Assembly: GCA_965267385.1 (NCBI GenBank)
Contig: OZ253957.1
Span: forward strand, 65,186-129,185
Reading direction: 5' to 3'
Source: Balneola sp.
GTDB lineage: Bacteria > Bacteroidota > Rhodothermia > Balneolales > Balneolaceae
DNA length: 64,000 nucleotides
Under the pieces are notes generated by a model. That model had not been told where the DNA came from and made no database searches. It saw only the letters and a list, made by a program, of their open reading frames with translations. Made by a program: the position numbers and the translations under genes. Shown here piece after piece: positions 26,993 to 37,036 of this stretch (its first letter is position 1; each line of letters starts with the position of its first letter).

Positions 26993-28746
26993 CGTGCCTT
27001 AAAAAATTCCATCACCTCTTCGGCGCTCCTGGTGTTCAGTACCCGCTCTTTGTCGTATTTCCCTTTGCGGGCGATCAGAACCCCGTACTTCATCACGTCA
27101 ATGCCTTCAATGCTGTGCGCATCCGGATTGATGGAAGTCATCATGCCCACTTCACGGGCTTTATTTCCGAAGGTCCAGTCCAGGTCCAGCCGCCAGGGGT
27201 TGGCATTGATCTCGATGGCCGTATTGTGCTCGGCCGCCAATGCGACCAGCTCATTCAGATCCAGGTCACTGCCGTTGCGTTTGAGCAGCAACCGGCCCGT
27301 CGGATGCCCCAGGATTCGCGTATAAGGATTGGTGATGGCATTGCGCATGCGTTCCATCATCTTATCCCTGGGCATTTCAAGAGACTGATGCACACTCGCA
27401 ATGATAAAGTCAAAGCCTTCCAGAATCTCCTCCTCATAGTCCAGGCGTCCGTCCGCTAATATGTCGGACTCAATGCCCTTAAAGATCACGAAATTTATGC
27501 CCGCGTTGCGGTATTCCTCATTCAGCTTGTCGATCTCCTCCCACTGCTGTTTTACTTCATCCACAGAAAGCCCTCCGGCATAGGCCGCGGTTTTGGAGTG
27601 ATCGGTGATCCCCAGATATTCATAGCCCCGCTCCATGCAGGCGTCCGCCATTTCCCTGATGGAGAACTTCCCATCGCTCCAGGTGCTGTGCGCATGGATC
27701 ACCCCCCGGATATCGCTTTCTTCAACCAGCGGCAACTCCTGGTGTTCCTCATAGATCTCAAATTCACCCCGATCTTCCCGCAGCTCCGGCGGCACCCAGT
27801 TAAGTCCCAGATGCTCGTAGATATCGGATTCGGTTTCAAAAGGCTGCGGCGCGTCCCAGTTGGTTTCCCCGTTCTCCTTCAGTTTGTACAAGCCGTACTC
27901 GTTCAGGCTCATACCCCGTTCCCGGGCACGGGAACGCATCACCACATTGTGTTCCTTGCTACCGGTGAAATACATGAGGGCGGCCGCAAAGTTCTCCGGC
28001 TTCACGATTCTCAGGTCAACCTGCCGGCCTTCTTTGGTTCGAACCGAGCTTTTGGTGTCGCCCCTGCCGAGTACTTCGGTGACCCGGTCGTGAGAAGTAA
28101 AAACATCGAACAGTTTCGGGATGTATTCTTCTTCCGCAGCGATGAGGATATCGATATCTCCAATGGTTTCTTTGGCGCGACGCAGAGATCCGGCTATCTC
28201 AATCTGCTGAACCCCTTCCAGGTCTTTGAGGCTTTCATAAATGGATTCCGCGATGGCGGTGGCTTCATCCAGCCGGCAGCGCTCATCAAATTTCTCCATC
28301 CACTCTATGGACTTGCGGATCTTTTCGGCCGATTTACCGCCCAGTCCCGGAAGCTCCGCCAGCTTGCCGTTATCGATCAGCTCCTTGAGTTCCTCAATTT
28401 CAGTGATGCCAAACTCCTGATGGATCTTGAGAATGTTCTTGGGGCCCAGTCCGGAGATATCCAGCCATTTGATCAGGCCGACAGGCACCTTCTTCTTGAA
28501 GTCTTCCAGTACGGGCATGGTCCCGGTCCTGGCATAGTCATAGATATCCTGGGCAATGGACTTGCCGATGCCTTTGATATCGGTCAGATTCTCATTTTCG
28601 ATATAGGTATTGATATCGTCACTGAGCCCGGCGATGGTTTGCGAGGCTTTGTCGAAGGCGATGGCTTTGAAGCGGTTCTCCCCGGCAAGCTGCATCAGCT
28701 GAAACACCAGGTTCAGTTTTTCTGCTACGTCCTGATTGGTCGGCAT
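26989..28746 (-). CDS. polX: DNA polymerase/3'-5' exonuclease PolX
   Basis: N-terminal HhH Pol-beta-like region (GIGKSIAQDI..., GLGPKNILKI) plus a C-terminal PHP domain (VIHAHSTWSDG). Confidence 0.85.
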   Translation of the reverse strand: MPTNQDVAEKLNLVFQLMQLAGENRFKAIAFDKASQTIAGLSDDINTYIENENLTDIKGIGKSIAQDIYDYARTGTMPVLEDFKKKVPVGLIKWLDISGLGPKNILKIHQEFGITEIEELKELIDNGKLAELPGLGGKSAEKIRKSIEWMEKFDERCRLDEATAIAESIYESLKDLEGVQQIEIAGSLRRAKETIGDIDILIAAEEEYIPKLFDVFTSHDRVTEVLGRGDTKSSVRTKEGRQVDLRIVKPENFAAALMYFTGSKEHNVVMRSRARERGMSLNEYGLYKLKENGETNWDAPQPFETESDIYEHLGLNWVPPELREDRGEFEIYEEHQELPLVEESDIRGVIHAHSTWSDGKFSIREMADACMERGYEYLGITDHSKTAAYAGGLSVDEVKQQWEEIDKLNEEYRNAGINFVIFKGIESDILADGRLDYEEEILEGFDFIIASVHQSLEMPRDKMMERMRNAITNPYTRILGHPTGRLLLKRNGSDLDLNELVALAAEHNTAIEINANPWRLDLDWTFGNKAREVGMMTSINPDAHSIEGIDVMKYGVLIARKGKYDKERVLNTRSAEEVMEFFKAR

Positions 28747-28977
28747 AGTATGAAAGTCGGTTTGGTTGGTTAAAGTATATCAAATTTGAGAAGCATACGC
28801 TTGCCCCAGATCCGTAAAACTTGATCAAAGCAGTTGTTCGTTCGGATTAGTTGCTGTAACATTTAGGCCCAATGAATTGAACTTGTTAATCCGGTAAAAC
28901 ACTCAGAATCAAAAAAAGAAAGAGGAAGACCTGAAGTCAGCCGGGCTGATCTCAGATCCGAATCTTGCACCGTCGTT

Positions 28978-31479
28978 ATGAAAAAAATTCTCTTATCCGC
29001 TTTTATCCTGTTTATCACTCCCAATGTGCTGGCGCAGTTGCAGTCTCCTGCCGAGTTTCTGGGCTATGAACTTGGGGAGCAGTGGACTCCGCATCACAAA
29101 GTCTTGGCTTACTTTCAGCATGTTGCTGATCATTCTGATATGGTCTCGCTTAGTTCCTACGGCACGACCTACGAGGGAAGGGAGCTGGTGACGGCCGTGG
29201 TTAGTTCGGCATCCAATATGAACCGGATAGAGGAGATCCGCATCAATAACCTGAAAAGAGTGGGTTTTGAAGAAGGACAGCCTACACCTGACAAAACCCC
29301 GATTATTTGGTTAAGCTATAATGTGCACGGCAATGAGACTTCATCCAGCGAAGCGGCTGTAAACACGGTGTATAAGCTGGTAACCGAGCATCAGGAATGG
29401 CTCGAGGATGTGGTCGTGATCATGGACCCCATGGTGAATCCCGACGGCCGGGATCGCTATGTGTACTGGAACAAAATGGTAACCGGAGAAGAGTTTGATC
29501 CGAATCCCGATGCCCGCGAGCACCATGAACCATGGCCCGGCGGGCGTACCAATCACTATTACTTTGACCTGAATCGTGACTGGGCCTGGCAGACGCAGAT
29601 CGAAAGTCAGCAGCGTATCCGGGAATACCTGAAGTGGAAGCCCCACGTACACGTCGATTTCCATGAGCAGGGCTACAACAGTCCCTATTACTTCGCACCC
29701 GCCGCGGAACCATTCCATATGGCGATCAGTGACTGGCAGCGCGAATACCAGACCATGATCGGGAAGAATCACGCCCGGTATTTTGACCAGAACAACTGGC
29801 TGTATTTCACGCGCGAGATCTTCGATCTTTTTTACCCCAGCTATGGAGATACCTGGCCAACCTTCAACGGAGCCATTGGGATGACTTATGAGCAGGCCGG
29901 TCACAGCCGGGCGGGGCTGGGAGTGATCACCGCCGAAGGGGACACCCTCACGTTAACCGATCGCCTGACTCACCATACCACTACCGGCCTTTCCACGGTG
30001 GAAATCACGGCTCTGAACAAAGAACGGGTAGTGGATGAGTTCGCCTCCTATTTTGCGGAAACACGGTCTGACGGTTCGGGCGAGTACAAGACCTTTGTAG
30101 TCAGGAAATCCTCCAATCCGGATAAGGTATCCATGCTGCTTCAATACCTGGTTAAGCAGAATATAGAATTCGGAGTGGCGCGCTCAGCTTCCAGGATGGA
30201 AGGCTATAATTACTCCGACGGGACAACCGGGCGCGTAAATATTGAACCGGGGGATTACGTGATCAGTACCTATCAGCCGCAGGGAACCCTGGTGCGGGTG
30301 TTGTTTGAACCCAGGCCGGAACTGGCCGATTCGGTGACCTATGACATTACCTCCTGGGAGGCGCACTATGCGTTTGGTGTAGAGGGTTATGCCGTGAAAG
30401 GGCAGATCGCGACCGATCCGGTGAGTATGGAAACCACCTCTTCCACCACCCCATATATTGAACGGCCGTACGCATACCTGGCAAAATGGAACGCTCTGGA
30501 TGATCTGAAGTTCCTGGCTGTTTTGCTCAATAAAGGAGTACGGGCGCGTTATGCGGAACAAGCTTTCTCCATGAACGGAAATGAGTACGCGGCAGGTACT
30601 CTTATCATCACAAGAAACGGAAATGAGTCGCTCGGAGACCGGTTTGATGAGGTCGTGAAATCAACGGCCGATGAACTGGGGCGTACGGTAACCCCTGTAA
30701 GCACCGGTTTGGTAACCACCGGAAAAGACTTTGGCTCTTCTTCTGTTCGCTTCATTGATGCACCAAAGGTGGCGCTGTTGGCTGGTGAGGGCACCAGCAG
30801 TAACATGGTCGGCCATATCTGGCATTTCTTTGATCGTCAGATCGATTATCCGGTTACCCTCATCAACATTGACGACATGGGCGGAGTGCAGTGGAGCGAT
30901 TATGACGTGATAATCCTTCCTTCCGGTTACTACGGATCAACTTTCAATGAGGATAGACTGAATGAATTGAAAAGCTGGATCCGCAGCGGAGGCACGCTGA
31001 TTGCGGTGGATGGCGGCAACCGGGTGCTGGCCGGCAAAGACGGCTTCGCCCTTAAGCGAAAGACATCTGGCGGCAACGGGAGTGAAAACCCCGATGAGAA
31101 ACTGAGAAAGTACGGGGAAGCCCAAAGAGAATCGGTCACAAACTTTAATGCGGGGGCTGTCTTTGAACTCACCATGGATGATACCCATCCGCTGGCTTTT
31201 GGTTATGACGATCAGTACATGTCACTCAAGCTCGGTTCCGCGGCTTACGAATATCTGGATAACGGATGGAATGTGGGAGTTGCTAAAGGAGACGCTCACC
31301 GAAGCGGATTTGTGGGATACAAAGCAAAAGAGAACTTGCAAAACAGCCTGTCGTTCGGAGTGCAGAACATGGGAGGTGGTCAGGTAGTGTACATGATCGA
31401 CAATCCGTTATTCCGGGGCTTCTGGCACAACGGAAAGCTGCTCTTCGGAAACGCGGTGTTTCTGCTGAGTGCTGATTAA
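28978..31479 (+). CDS. M14-family zinc carboxypeptidase (large, secreted)
   Basis: Signal peptide, the zinc motif NVHGNETSS, and a long C-terminal extension. Confidence 0.8.
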   Translation: MKKILLSAFILFITPNVLAQLQSPAEFLGYELGEQWTPHHKVLAYFQHVADHSDMVSLSSYGTTYEGRELVTAVVSSASNMNRIEEIRINNLKRVGFEEGQPTPDKTPIIWLSYNVHGNETSSSEAAVNTVYKLVTEHQEWLEDVVVIMDPMVNPDGRDRYVYWNKMVTGEEFDPNPDAREHHEPWPGGRTNHYYFDLNRDWAWQTQIESQQRIREYLKWKPHVHVDFHEQGYNSPYYFAPAAEPFHMAISDWQREYQTMIGKNHARYFDQNNWLYFTREIFDLFYPSYGDTWPTFNGAIGMTYEQAGHSRAGLGVITAEGDTLTLTDRLTHHTTTGLSTVEITALNKERVVDEFASYFAETRSDGSGEYKTFVVRKSSNPDKVSMLLQYLVKQNIEFGVARSASRMEGYNYSDGTTGRVNIEPGDYVISTYQPQGTLVRVLFEPRPELADSVTYDITSWEAHYAFGVEGYAVKGQIATDPVSMETTSSTTPYIERPYAYLAKWNALDDLKFLAVLLNKGVRARYAEQAFSMNGNEYAAGTLIITRNGNESLGDRFDEVVKSTADELGRTVTPVSTGLVTTGKDFGSSSVRFIDAPKVALLAGEGTSSNMVGHIWHFFDRQIDYPVTLINIDDMGGVQWSDYDVIILPSGYYGSTFNEDRLNELKSWIRSGGTLIAVDGGNRVLAGKDGFALKRKTSGGNGSENPDEKLRKYGEAQRESVTNFNAGAVFELTMDDTHPLAFGYDDQYMSLKLGSAAYEYLDNGWNVGVAKGDAHRSGFVGYKAKENLQNSLSFGVQNMGGGQVVYMIDNPLFRGFWHNGKLLFGNAVFLLSAD

Positions 31480-31557
31480 TGAATCAGGTAAAAACTCACA
31501 CAAAGCCGGTCACCCTGCACAGGCAGGGGTCCGGGGTTGCAGGTTTTGCCAATCGCA

Positions 31558-32496
31558 TCAATTTGTGTTCCCGGATTTTGCCAGCTCAGCTTCAGCAGCA
31601 ATAAACCCAAAGGCGGCCCAGTTACCGGCCTCATAGACCTGTTGCCAGATCTGGTAAGCCCGTTCTTTTCGCCCGTTGATATAGTGCCAGTTGCCCAGCC
31701 CGTAACCCAGCGTGGCATTGTCCAGAGCCGTCTCGTCGCCGTCCAGTAAATGATCGGGATCGAACTCCCCTTTAAATACCAGCAGCAGCTGATGATAACT
31801 GTCGTTCTCAATGATAGTCATATCCGGTTCGATGGGCTCAATAACAGTGCCGGCCAGTTCATCCTGGCCCGAGCGGCGAAGTGTCATATAGTACCAGTAA
31901 AGCGCGGCAACCATCATATCGTTATTGGTGCTGGCCAGCATGCACTTCTGATATGCAAGCTGCGCATCTTCGTAATTTCCCTTCAGGTAATAGGCCAGCC
32001 CGAGATGGTACCAGATATTGGTATGAAGAGAGCTAAGAGGGATGTTCTGAGCGTTAGGCAATCCGTCCGGCTCCACCATGTCTTCCTTACCCTCAATAAG
32101 CTCTGCGGCCTTCTCAAAATCCTGAATGGCAAGATCGAAGGCGCGGAGCGTGATGTACCGGTGTCCGCGGTGACGATATAGCCTTGCATCTTCGGGATAC
32201 TCCACGATGGCCGCGGAGAGCAGCTCAACCGCCTCACGGTATGCGCCCTGGTATCCTTTTTTGCGGGCCTGCCAGATCATCATGGTGGCCAGATCATCTC
32301 CGTCTGCCTCTGCGGCATCGATGAGGGAGTCAATGCGGGAGGAGATGGCTTCCGGTAGTTCAGTGTCACTGCTTCTGAGTGTGTCCCCTAACAGAGAGAT
32401 AGTCTGGGCATCTCCCTGAAGACTGAGGAATGCAGGTTCCTGGGGCTGGCAGGCAACCAACAGGGTGATAAGGATAAAGAGCGAATACGGTTTCAT
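31558..32496 (-). CDS. TPR-repeat lipoprotein
   Basis: LLVACQ lipobox and TPR-like repeats (AIQDFEKAAELIE..., WYHLGLAYYLKGNYEDA). Confidence 0.6.
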   Translation of the reverse strand: MKPYSLFILITLLVACQPQEPAFLSLQGDAQTISLLGDTLRSSDTELPEAISSRIDSLIDAAEADGDDLATMMIWQARKKGYQGAYREAVELLSAAIVEYPEDARLYRHRGHRYITLRAFDLAIQDFEKAAELIEGKEDMVEPDGLPNAQNIPLSSLHTNIWYHLGLAYYLKGNYEDAQLAYQKCMLASTNNDMMVAALYWYYMTLRRSGQDELAGTVIEPIEPDMTIIENDSYHQLLLVFKGEFDPDHLLDGDETALDNATLGYGLGNWHYINGRKERAYQIWQQVYEAGNWAAFGFIAAEAELAKSGNTN

Positions 32497-33758
32497 CAGA
32501 GCTGCAGATCTAAGGTTAGTTCCTCACCGTCGCGAAGCACCGTGATCGTAGTGCGCTGCCCCTTTTTCAGCTTATTCAACGCCCCCATATAGGCGTAGAT
32601 GTCAGCCAGGTCCTCACCCGCGATCCTGATGATAACATCGCCGCCCTGAACGCCCGCATTAGCAGCCGCCCGGTTGGGAGTCACACCGGTGATCTTCATT
32701 CCCTTACCGTCATAGCCATAATCGGGAAGCACGCCCAGGGTAGGCCCGTCCATGGTCATGGTCTGTCGCTGCTGCCCGGGAGCTTCAATGAATTCCATAT
32801 CCGCTTTGCTCAGTTCATCCAGCTGTACCACGGTGCGCACCAAATGGTGAAGTGCCAGCGCGGTTCCTTCCATGTTGATGTATTCGGTATCGTCGGAGGG
32901 CCGGTGATAGTCGGCATGCGTATCGGTGAAATAATGCAGCACCGGTATATTCTGATAGTAGAAGCTGGTATGATCGCTGGCTCCCGTGCCGTCTTCCACC
33001 AGGTCCAGGTTGAGCCCACCGGTATTCGCTGAATCCAGAATGGCTTCCCACTTGCTGGCAGTTCCAATTCCGAAGATCATCAGTTTCTTGTCGTTCATAC
33101 GCCCGATCATATCCATATTGATCATGGCCAGCGCATTATCCAGTTGCACCGTGGGATTCTTGACGAAGTAGTCGGACCCCAGCAGGCCCATCTCTTCCCC
33201 TGAAAAGGCCAGAAAAAGTATGTCTTTCGAAATAGGATGCTCTGAAAAATACTGCGCCAGTTCCAGTACGCCGGCGGTTCCGGAGGCGTTGTCATCCGCA
33301 CCATTATGAATGCGGGGTTCGCCCCGGTACAGCGACCCGAAGCCTCCGTCTCCGTAACCCAGGTGGTCATAATGGGCACCTATGATGATAAATTCTTCTT
33401 CATCGCCCGTACCCTGCAGCAGCCCCGCTACGTTACGGGAAAGCCTTTTTTCACCATCGGCGGTATCGGATGCATGAGGATTTCGAAGCAAAGCGGTATT
33501 GATAGTGAATTCCTGGAAATAGGTGTTGTCATCTCCGGCCGGCTCCAGTCCGAAGTCCCGGAAGTGATCCGCTATGTAATTGGCGGCTTTGGCTTCGCTG
33601 GCGGTTCCGGCTTCACGACCTTCCAGCTCCTCAGAAGCCAGGTAAGTGATATGAGTGTTGACATCTTCCGGGGTGATATTAGGCGAAAGGTTCCGGGTAT
33701 TGGAGGGTGTGCACGACAGGATGATGGCTGTCGCCAGGATCATGGAGAGGGTTCTCAT
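32496..33758 (-). CDS. M28-family aminopeptidase with C-terminal PDZ domain
   Basis: GADDNASGTAGVLE, SGEEMGLLGS, and the PDZ-like GVQGGDVIIRIAGEDL. Confidence 0.8.
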   Translation of the reverse strand: MRTLSMILATAIILSCTPSNTRNLSPNITPEDVNTHITYLASEELEGREAGTASEAKAANYIADHFRDFGLEPAGDDNTYFQEFTINTALLRNPHASDTADGEKRLSRNVAGLLQGTGDEEEFIIIGAHYDHLGYGDGGFGSLYRGEPRIHNGADDNASGTAGVLELAQYFSEHPISKDILFLAFSGEEMGLLGSDYFVKNPTVQLDNALAMINMDMIGRMNDKKLMIFGIGTASKWEAILDSANTGGLNLDLVEDGTGASDHTSFYYQNIPVLHYFTDTHADYHRPSDDTEYINMEGTALALHHLVRTVVQLDELSKADMEFIEAPGQQRQTMTMDGPTLGVLPDYGYDGKGMKITGVTPNRAAANAGVQGGDVIIRIAGEDLADIYAYMGALNKLKKGQRTTITVLRDGEELTLDLQL

Positions 33759-33847
33759 CGGGATACAGTATTAGGTTAGTTGTAAAGACTCTGAAAAGTA
33801 AGAGAAATTTATGTGTTTTTGGGAATCGATTGGGTATTTTTACGAGC

Positions 33848-33932
33848 ACGGTTAGGGGTGTTCTTCCGAAAGCCGGGAGGACTGAGATCATACCCTACTA
33901 CCTGATCCGGATAATACCGGCGGAGGGAAACC
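33848..33932 (+). promoter_or_regulatory. TPP (THI-box) riboswitch aptamer
   Basis: AGGGGTG...CTGAGAT..TACCC...ACCTGATCCGGATAATACCGGCGGAGGGAA matches the THI-box consensus with compensatory CCGG/CCGG pairing. Downstream, CCTCC (33961-33965) can pair with the GGAGG Shine-Dalgarno sequence (33990-33994). Confidence 0.8.
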
Positions 33933-33997
33933 TGTTCTTATCACCAACAGCTGTTGACCTCCTCCATTAATTCATTTCAACATTTAATTGGAGGAAC

Positions 33998-36400
33998 ATG
34001 TTTAAACGCATTCTTACCCGATCACTCATACCGGTGATCACCATTCTTCTATTCAATGACTTATCGGTACAGGCTCAGACCATTACCGGTAAAGTGCTTG
34101 ACGCACAGACCAAAGAAGCACTGGCGGGAGCCACAGTCCTGCAGAGCGGAACCAACAACGGAGTGAGCACCTCTCCAAACGGCGAGTTCGAGATCACGCT
34201 GATCGCGGGCAGTAAGGAACTCAGAGTTTCGTACGTGGGATATAAAACAAAGACGATATCCCTGAATTCAGGAGATCAGGACATAGAGATCCTGTTACTG
34301 CCTCAGACTTATATCAGCAGCGAGGTTTTTGTGGAGGCTACCCGGGTGGACGATTCCACCCCGATGAGCTATACCAACGTGACCCGTTCCGATATTGAGG
34401 AGCAGAACCTGGGACAGGACGTACCGTACCTGCTGCAGCAAACCCCGTCTGTAGTCACAACCTCGGATGCGGGAGCGGGAATCGGATACACGGGCATCAG
34501 GATACGGGGAGTTGATCCGGCGCGTATTAACGTGACCATCAACGGCATTCCCGTGAACGATGCGGAATCGCATGGGGTCTTCTGGGTGGATCTTCCGGAT
34601 ATCGCCTCTTCCGTGGATAATATTCAGATACAACGCGGGGTGGGAACATCCACCAACGGGGCCGGTGCTTTCGGGGCGTCCATCAACCTGCAAACCAGCA
34701 CCAACAGGGTAGACCCTTTTGCGGAAGTGAACACGGCCGTGGGCTCCTTCAATACCCGGAAGGCCAACATCATGCTGGGATCGGGCCTGATGAAAAACGG
34801 CTGGATGTTTGAGGGACGGCTATCCAAGATACTTTCAGACGGTTACATCGACCGGGCTTCCTCAGACCTGAATTCATTCTATCTCTCAGCCTCGAGGCAG
34901 GGTACGCGCAGCCTGCTGAAAGCGGACGTCTTCTCAGGCAAGGAAATCACCTATCAGGCATGGTACGGAGTGGAGGAAAGCATACTGGAAAGCGGAAACC
35001 GGACCTATAACGAGGCAGGTACCGAGAAAGACGGAACACCGTATGAGAACCAGGTGGACAACTACCGGCAGGACTACTACCAGTTGCACTACTCCTACCG
35101 CTTTTCGGACCGCTGGACCGGCAATGCTTCCCTGCACTACACCAAAGGACAGGGCTATTACGAAGAGTATAAAGCAGACGAAACGCTGGCAGACTACGGC
35201 ATCAGTCCCATGCCCGCCACGCAGACAGAGTCGGACCTGATCCGCCGCCGCTGGCTGGACAATGACTTTTACGGAATCGTGTTTTCCGCTAAGCATGTGA
35301 ATGAGGACTGGGAACTTACCGTTGGCGGCGGGGCTAACCGGTACGACGGCCTGCATTTCGGGGAAGTGATCTGGGCGCGCTATGCCGGAGACAGCGAGAT
35401 CGAAGAGCGATACTATGATAACGACGCGGTTAAGGACGACATCAACCTGTACAGTAAATTCAACTATTATCTGACTGAGGCCTTCAATGCCTATCTGGAC
35501 CTTCAGGTGCGCAATATCCGCTACGAGTTTGTGGGCCTAGACAACGACGATGTGCTGGGGCCCGTCCCCATCGACGATGAAGACTACCTCACCTTCTTCA
35601 ACCCCAAGGCGGGCGTAGTGTACCGCTTTGATGATAACAGCCGTGCCTTCGCTTCCTTCAGCGTGGCAAGCAAGGAGCCGACCCGCTCAGAATACACCGA
35701 GTCGACCCGCAGAAGCCGGCCCGAACCCGAGACGCTCTATAATATTGAGTCGGGCTATCGCAAGGAGTTTAACCGGGCCTATGCCGGGTTAACGGGCTAC
35801 GCTATGATCTATAAGGACCAGCTGGTCCTGACCGGACAGATCAACGATGTAGGAGCTTATGTTCGCGAGAATGTGCCGGATTCCTACCGCTTAGGTGTGG
35901 AACTGGAGGGAGGTATCCGCCTCAACGACCGGTTCAACTGGGCGACCAACGCAACGCTCAGCCAGAATAAGATCGGGAGCTTCACGGAATACATTGATGA
36001 TTATGACAACGGTGGGCAGATCGCGCGCGAGTACTCCGATACGGACATCGCCTTCTCGCCAAATCTGATTACCACTTCCATCTTAAGTTATAGTGATTCC
36101 GGCTTTACTGCCGAATGGACGGCGAAGTATGTGAGCCGCCAGTACCTGGATAACACGCAGAATCTGAACCGTTCTATCGATCCTTACTTCGTCAACGATC
36201 TTAGAGTGAGCTACAGGCTCAGCAGCCTTCAGTTTGCCAAAGCCATAACGGCGAACCTGTTGATAAATAACATCCTTAATGAGGAGTACGAGACCAATGG
36301 CTATACCTTTGGGTTCATAGCCGGAGGGGAGCAGCGTTTCAACTACTATTATCCGCAGGCGGGCAGGAATTTTCTGTTCCAGGTGAAATGGGAGTTCTAG
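33998..36400 (+). CDS. TonB-dependent receptor (CarboxypepD_reg + plug + barrel), probably thiamine-related uptake
   Basis: ITGKVLDAQTKEALAGATVL, a plug region, and the terminal FQVKWEF. Preceded by the TPP riboswitch. Confidence 0.85.
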   Translation: MFKRILTRSLIPVITILLFNDLSVQAQTITGKVLDAQTKEALAGATVLQSGTNNGVSTSPNGEFEITLIAGSKELRVSYVGYKTKTISLNSGDQDIEILLLPQTYISSEVFVEATRVDDSTPMSYTNVTRSDIEEQNLGQDVPYLLQQTPSVVTTSDAGAGIGYTGIRIRGVDPARINVTINGIPVNDAESHGVFWVDLPDIASSVDNIQIQRGVGTSTNGAGAFGASINLQTSTNRVDPFAEVNTAVGSFNTRKANIMLGSGLMKNGWMFEGRLSKILSDGYIDRASSDLNSFYLSASRQGTRSLLKADVFSGKEITYQAWYGVEESILESGNRTYNEAGTEKDGTPYENQVDNYRQDYYQLHYSYRFSDRWTGNASLHYTKGQGYYEEYKADETLADYGISPMPATQTESDLIRRRWLDNDFYGIVFSAKHVNEDWELTVGGGANRYDGLHFGEVIWARYAGDSEIEERYYDNDAVKDDINLYSKFNYYLTEAFNAYLDLQVRNIRYEFVGLDNDDVLGPVPIDDEDYLTFFNPKAGVVYRFDDNSRAFASFSVASKEPTRSEYTESTRRSRPEPETLYNIESGYRKEFNRAYAGLTGYAMIYKDQLVLTGQINDVGAYVRENVPDSYRLGVELEGGIRLNDRFNWATNATLSQNKIGSFTEYIDDYDNGGQIAREYSDTDIAFSPNLITTSILSYSDSGFTAEWTAKYVSRQYLDNTQNLNRSIDPYFVNDLRVSYRLSSLQFAKAITANLLINNILNEEYETNGYTFGFIAGGEQRFNYYYPQAGRNFLFQVKWEF

Positions 36401-36420
36401 CGGAGGGCTTCAACAAAAAA

Positions 36421-36448
36421 GGCGTCCCGGATTTCAGGACGCCTTTTT
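36421..36448. terminator. rho-independent terminator
   Basis: GGCGTCC-cggatttca-GGACGCC followed by T5, with an A-run upstream (bidirectional). Confidence 0.6.
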
Positions 36449-36469
36449 AATTGTCGGGAATGTCTGAGA

Positions 36470-37018
36470 TCAGTTCACGCTGATCGGTACGGCCACCCGG
36501 GTGGTTCCCCAGTGGAGGTTCAGGTGGGCTTTCTCACTGGAGAGTTCATCAAAGTAAATGGTAAACCACTCCATTTTGGGCGCGTCATTCATTACCACGG
36601 CTGAGGGTACGCGAACCACATCCTGTGACTCATCATACTGGGTTCCCCAGGATAGTTTTTTGTTGATGATGATGGTCCATTCGTCATCTCCAGGGATGGT
36701 GTACAGCGAATAGGTTCCGGCAGGTACGGCCTGATCGCCTACCATGACATCGTCCGAAAAGGTGATCGCTGTAGCTTCATTCGCTCCGGTTCTCCATACG
36801 GGACCGTTCGGCCGGTCATTGATCAGGCTGCTGAGCGAGCGCCCTTTCAGTCCGGGGCGGCCATAAGTGATGGAAACCGTGGTAGAGCCAATGTCCTGGC
36901 TTACGGCCGCATTCGGGCTGGGTCGGTCGCCTTTGCCACGCTCCTGGGCAAAAGCAGTGTCAGAGGTGAGGAGCAATGCAAGGGTGAAGAATGCTCCCAG
37001 TTTTAACAGAGTTTTCAT
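36470..37018 (-). CDS. DUF2911-domain protein (secreted)
   Basis: ITYGRPGLKGR...WRTGANEATAITFSDDV...AGTYSLYTIP. Confidence 0.7.
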   Translation of the reverse strand: MKTLLKLGAFFTLALLLTSDTAFAQERGKGDRPSPNAAVSQDIGSTTVSITYGRPGLKGRSLSSLINDRPNGPVWRTGANEATAITFSDDVMVGDQAVPAGTYSLYTIPGDDEWTIIINKKLSWGTQYDESQDVVRVPSAVVMNDAPKMEWFTIYFDELSSEKAHLNLHWGTTRVAVPISVN

Positions 37019-37036
37019 GGTTCAAAGAATATTAGG

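Noticed and set aside
27598-28773. 391-aa plus-strand ORF antisense to polX, and similar long antisense ORFs at 37154..38035, 40256..40879, 42904..43713, 47634..48464, 55378..56364, 21823..22428 and 53128..53826
   Set aside because: Each lies opposite a gene with unambiguous catalytic motifs (PolX, amidohydrolase, TPR protein, DnaA, enolase, SMC, MORN protein, IspH). None shows a recognisable motif of its own, which is typical of shadow ORFs.
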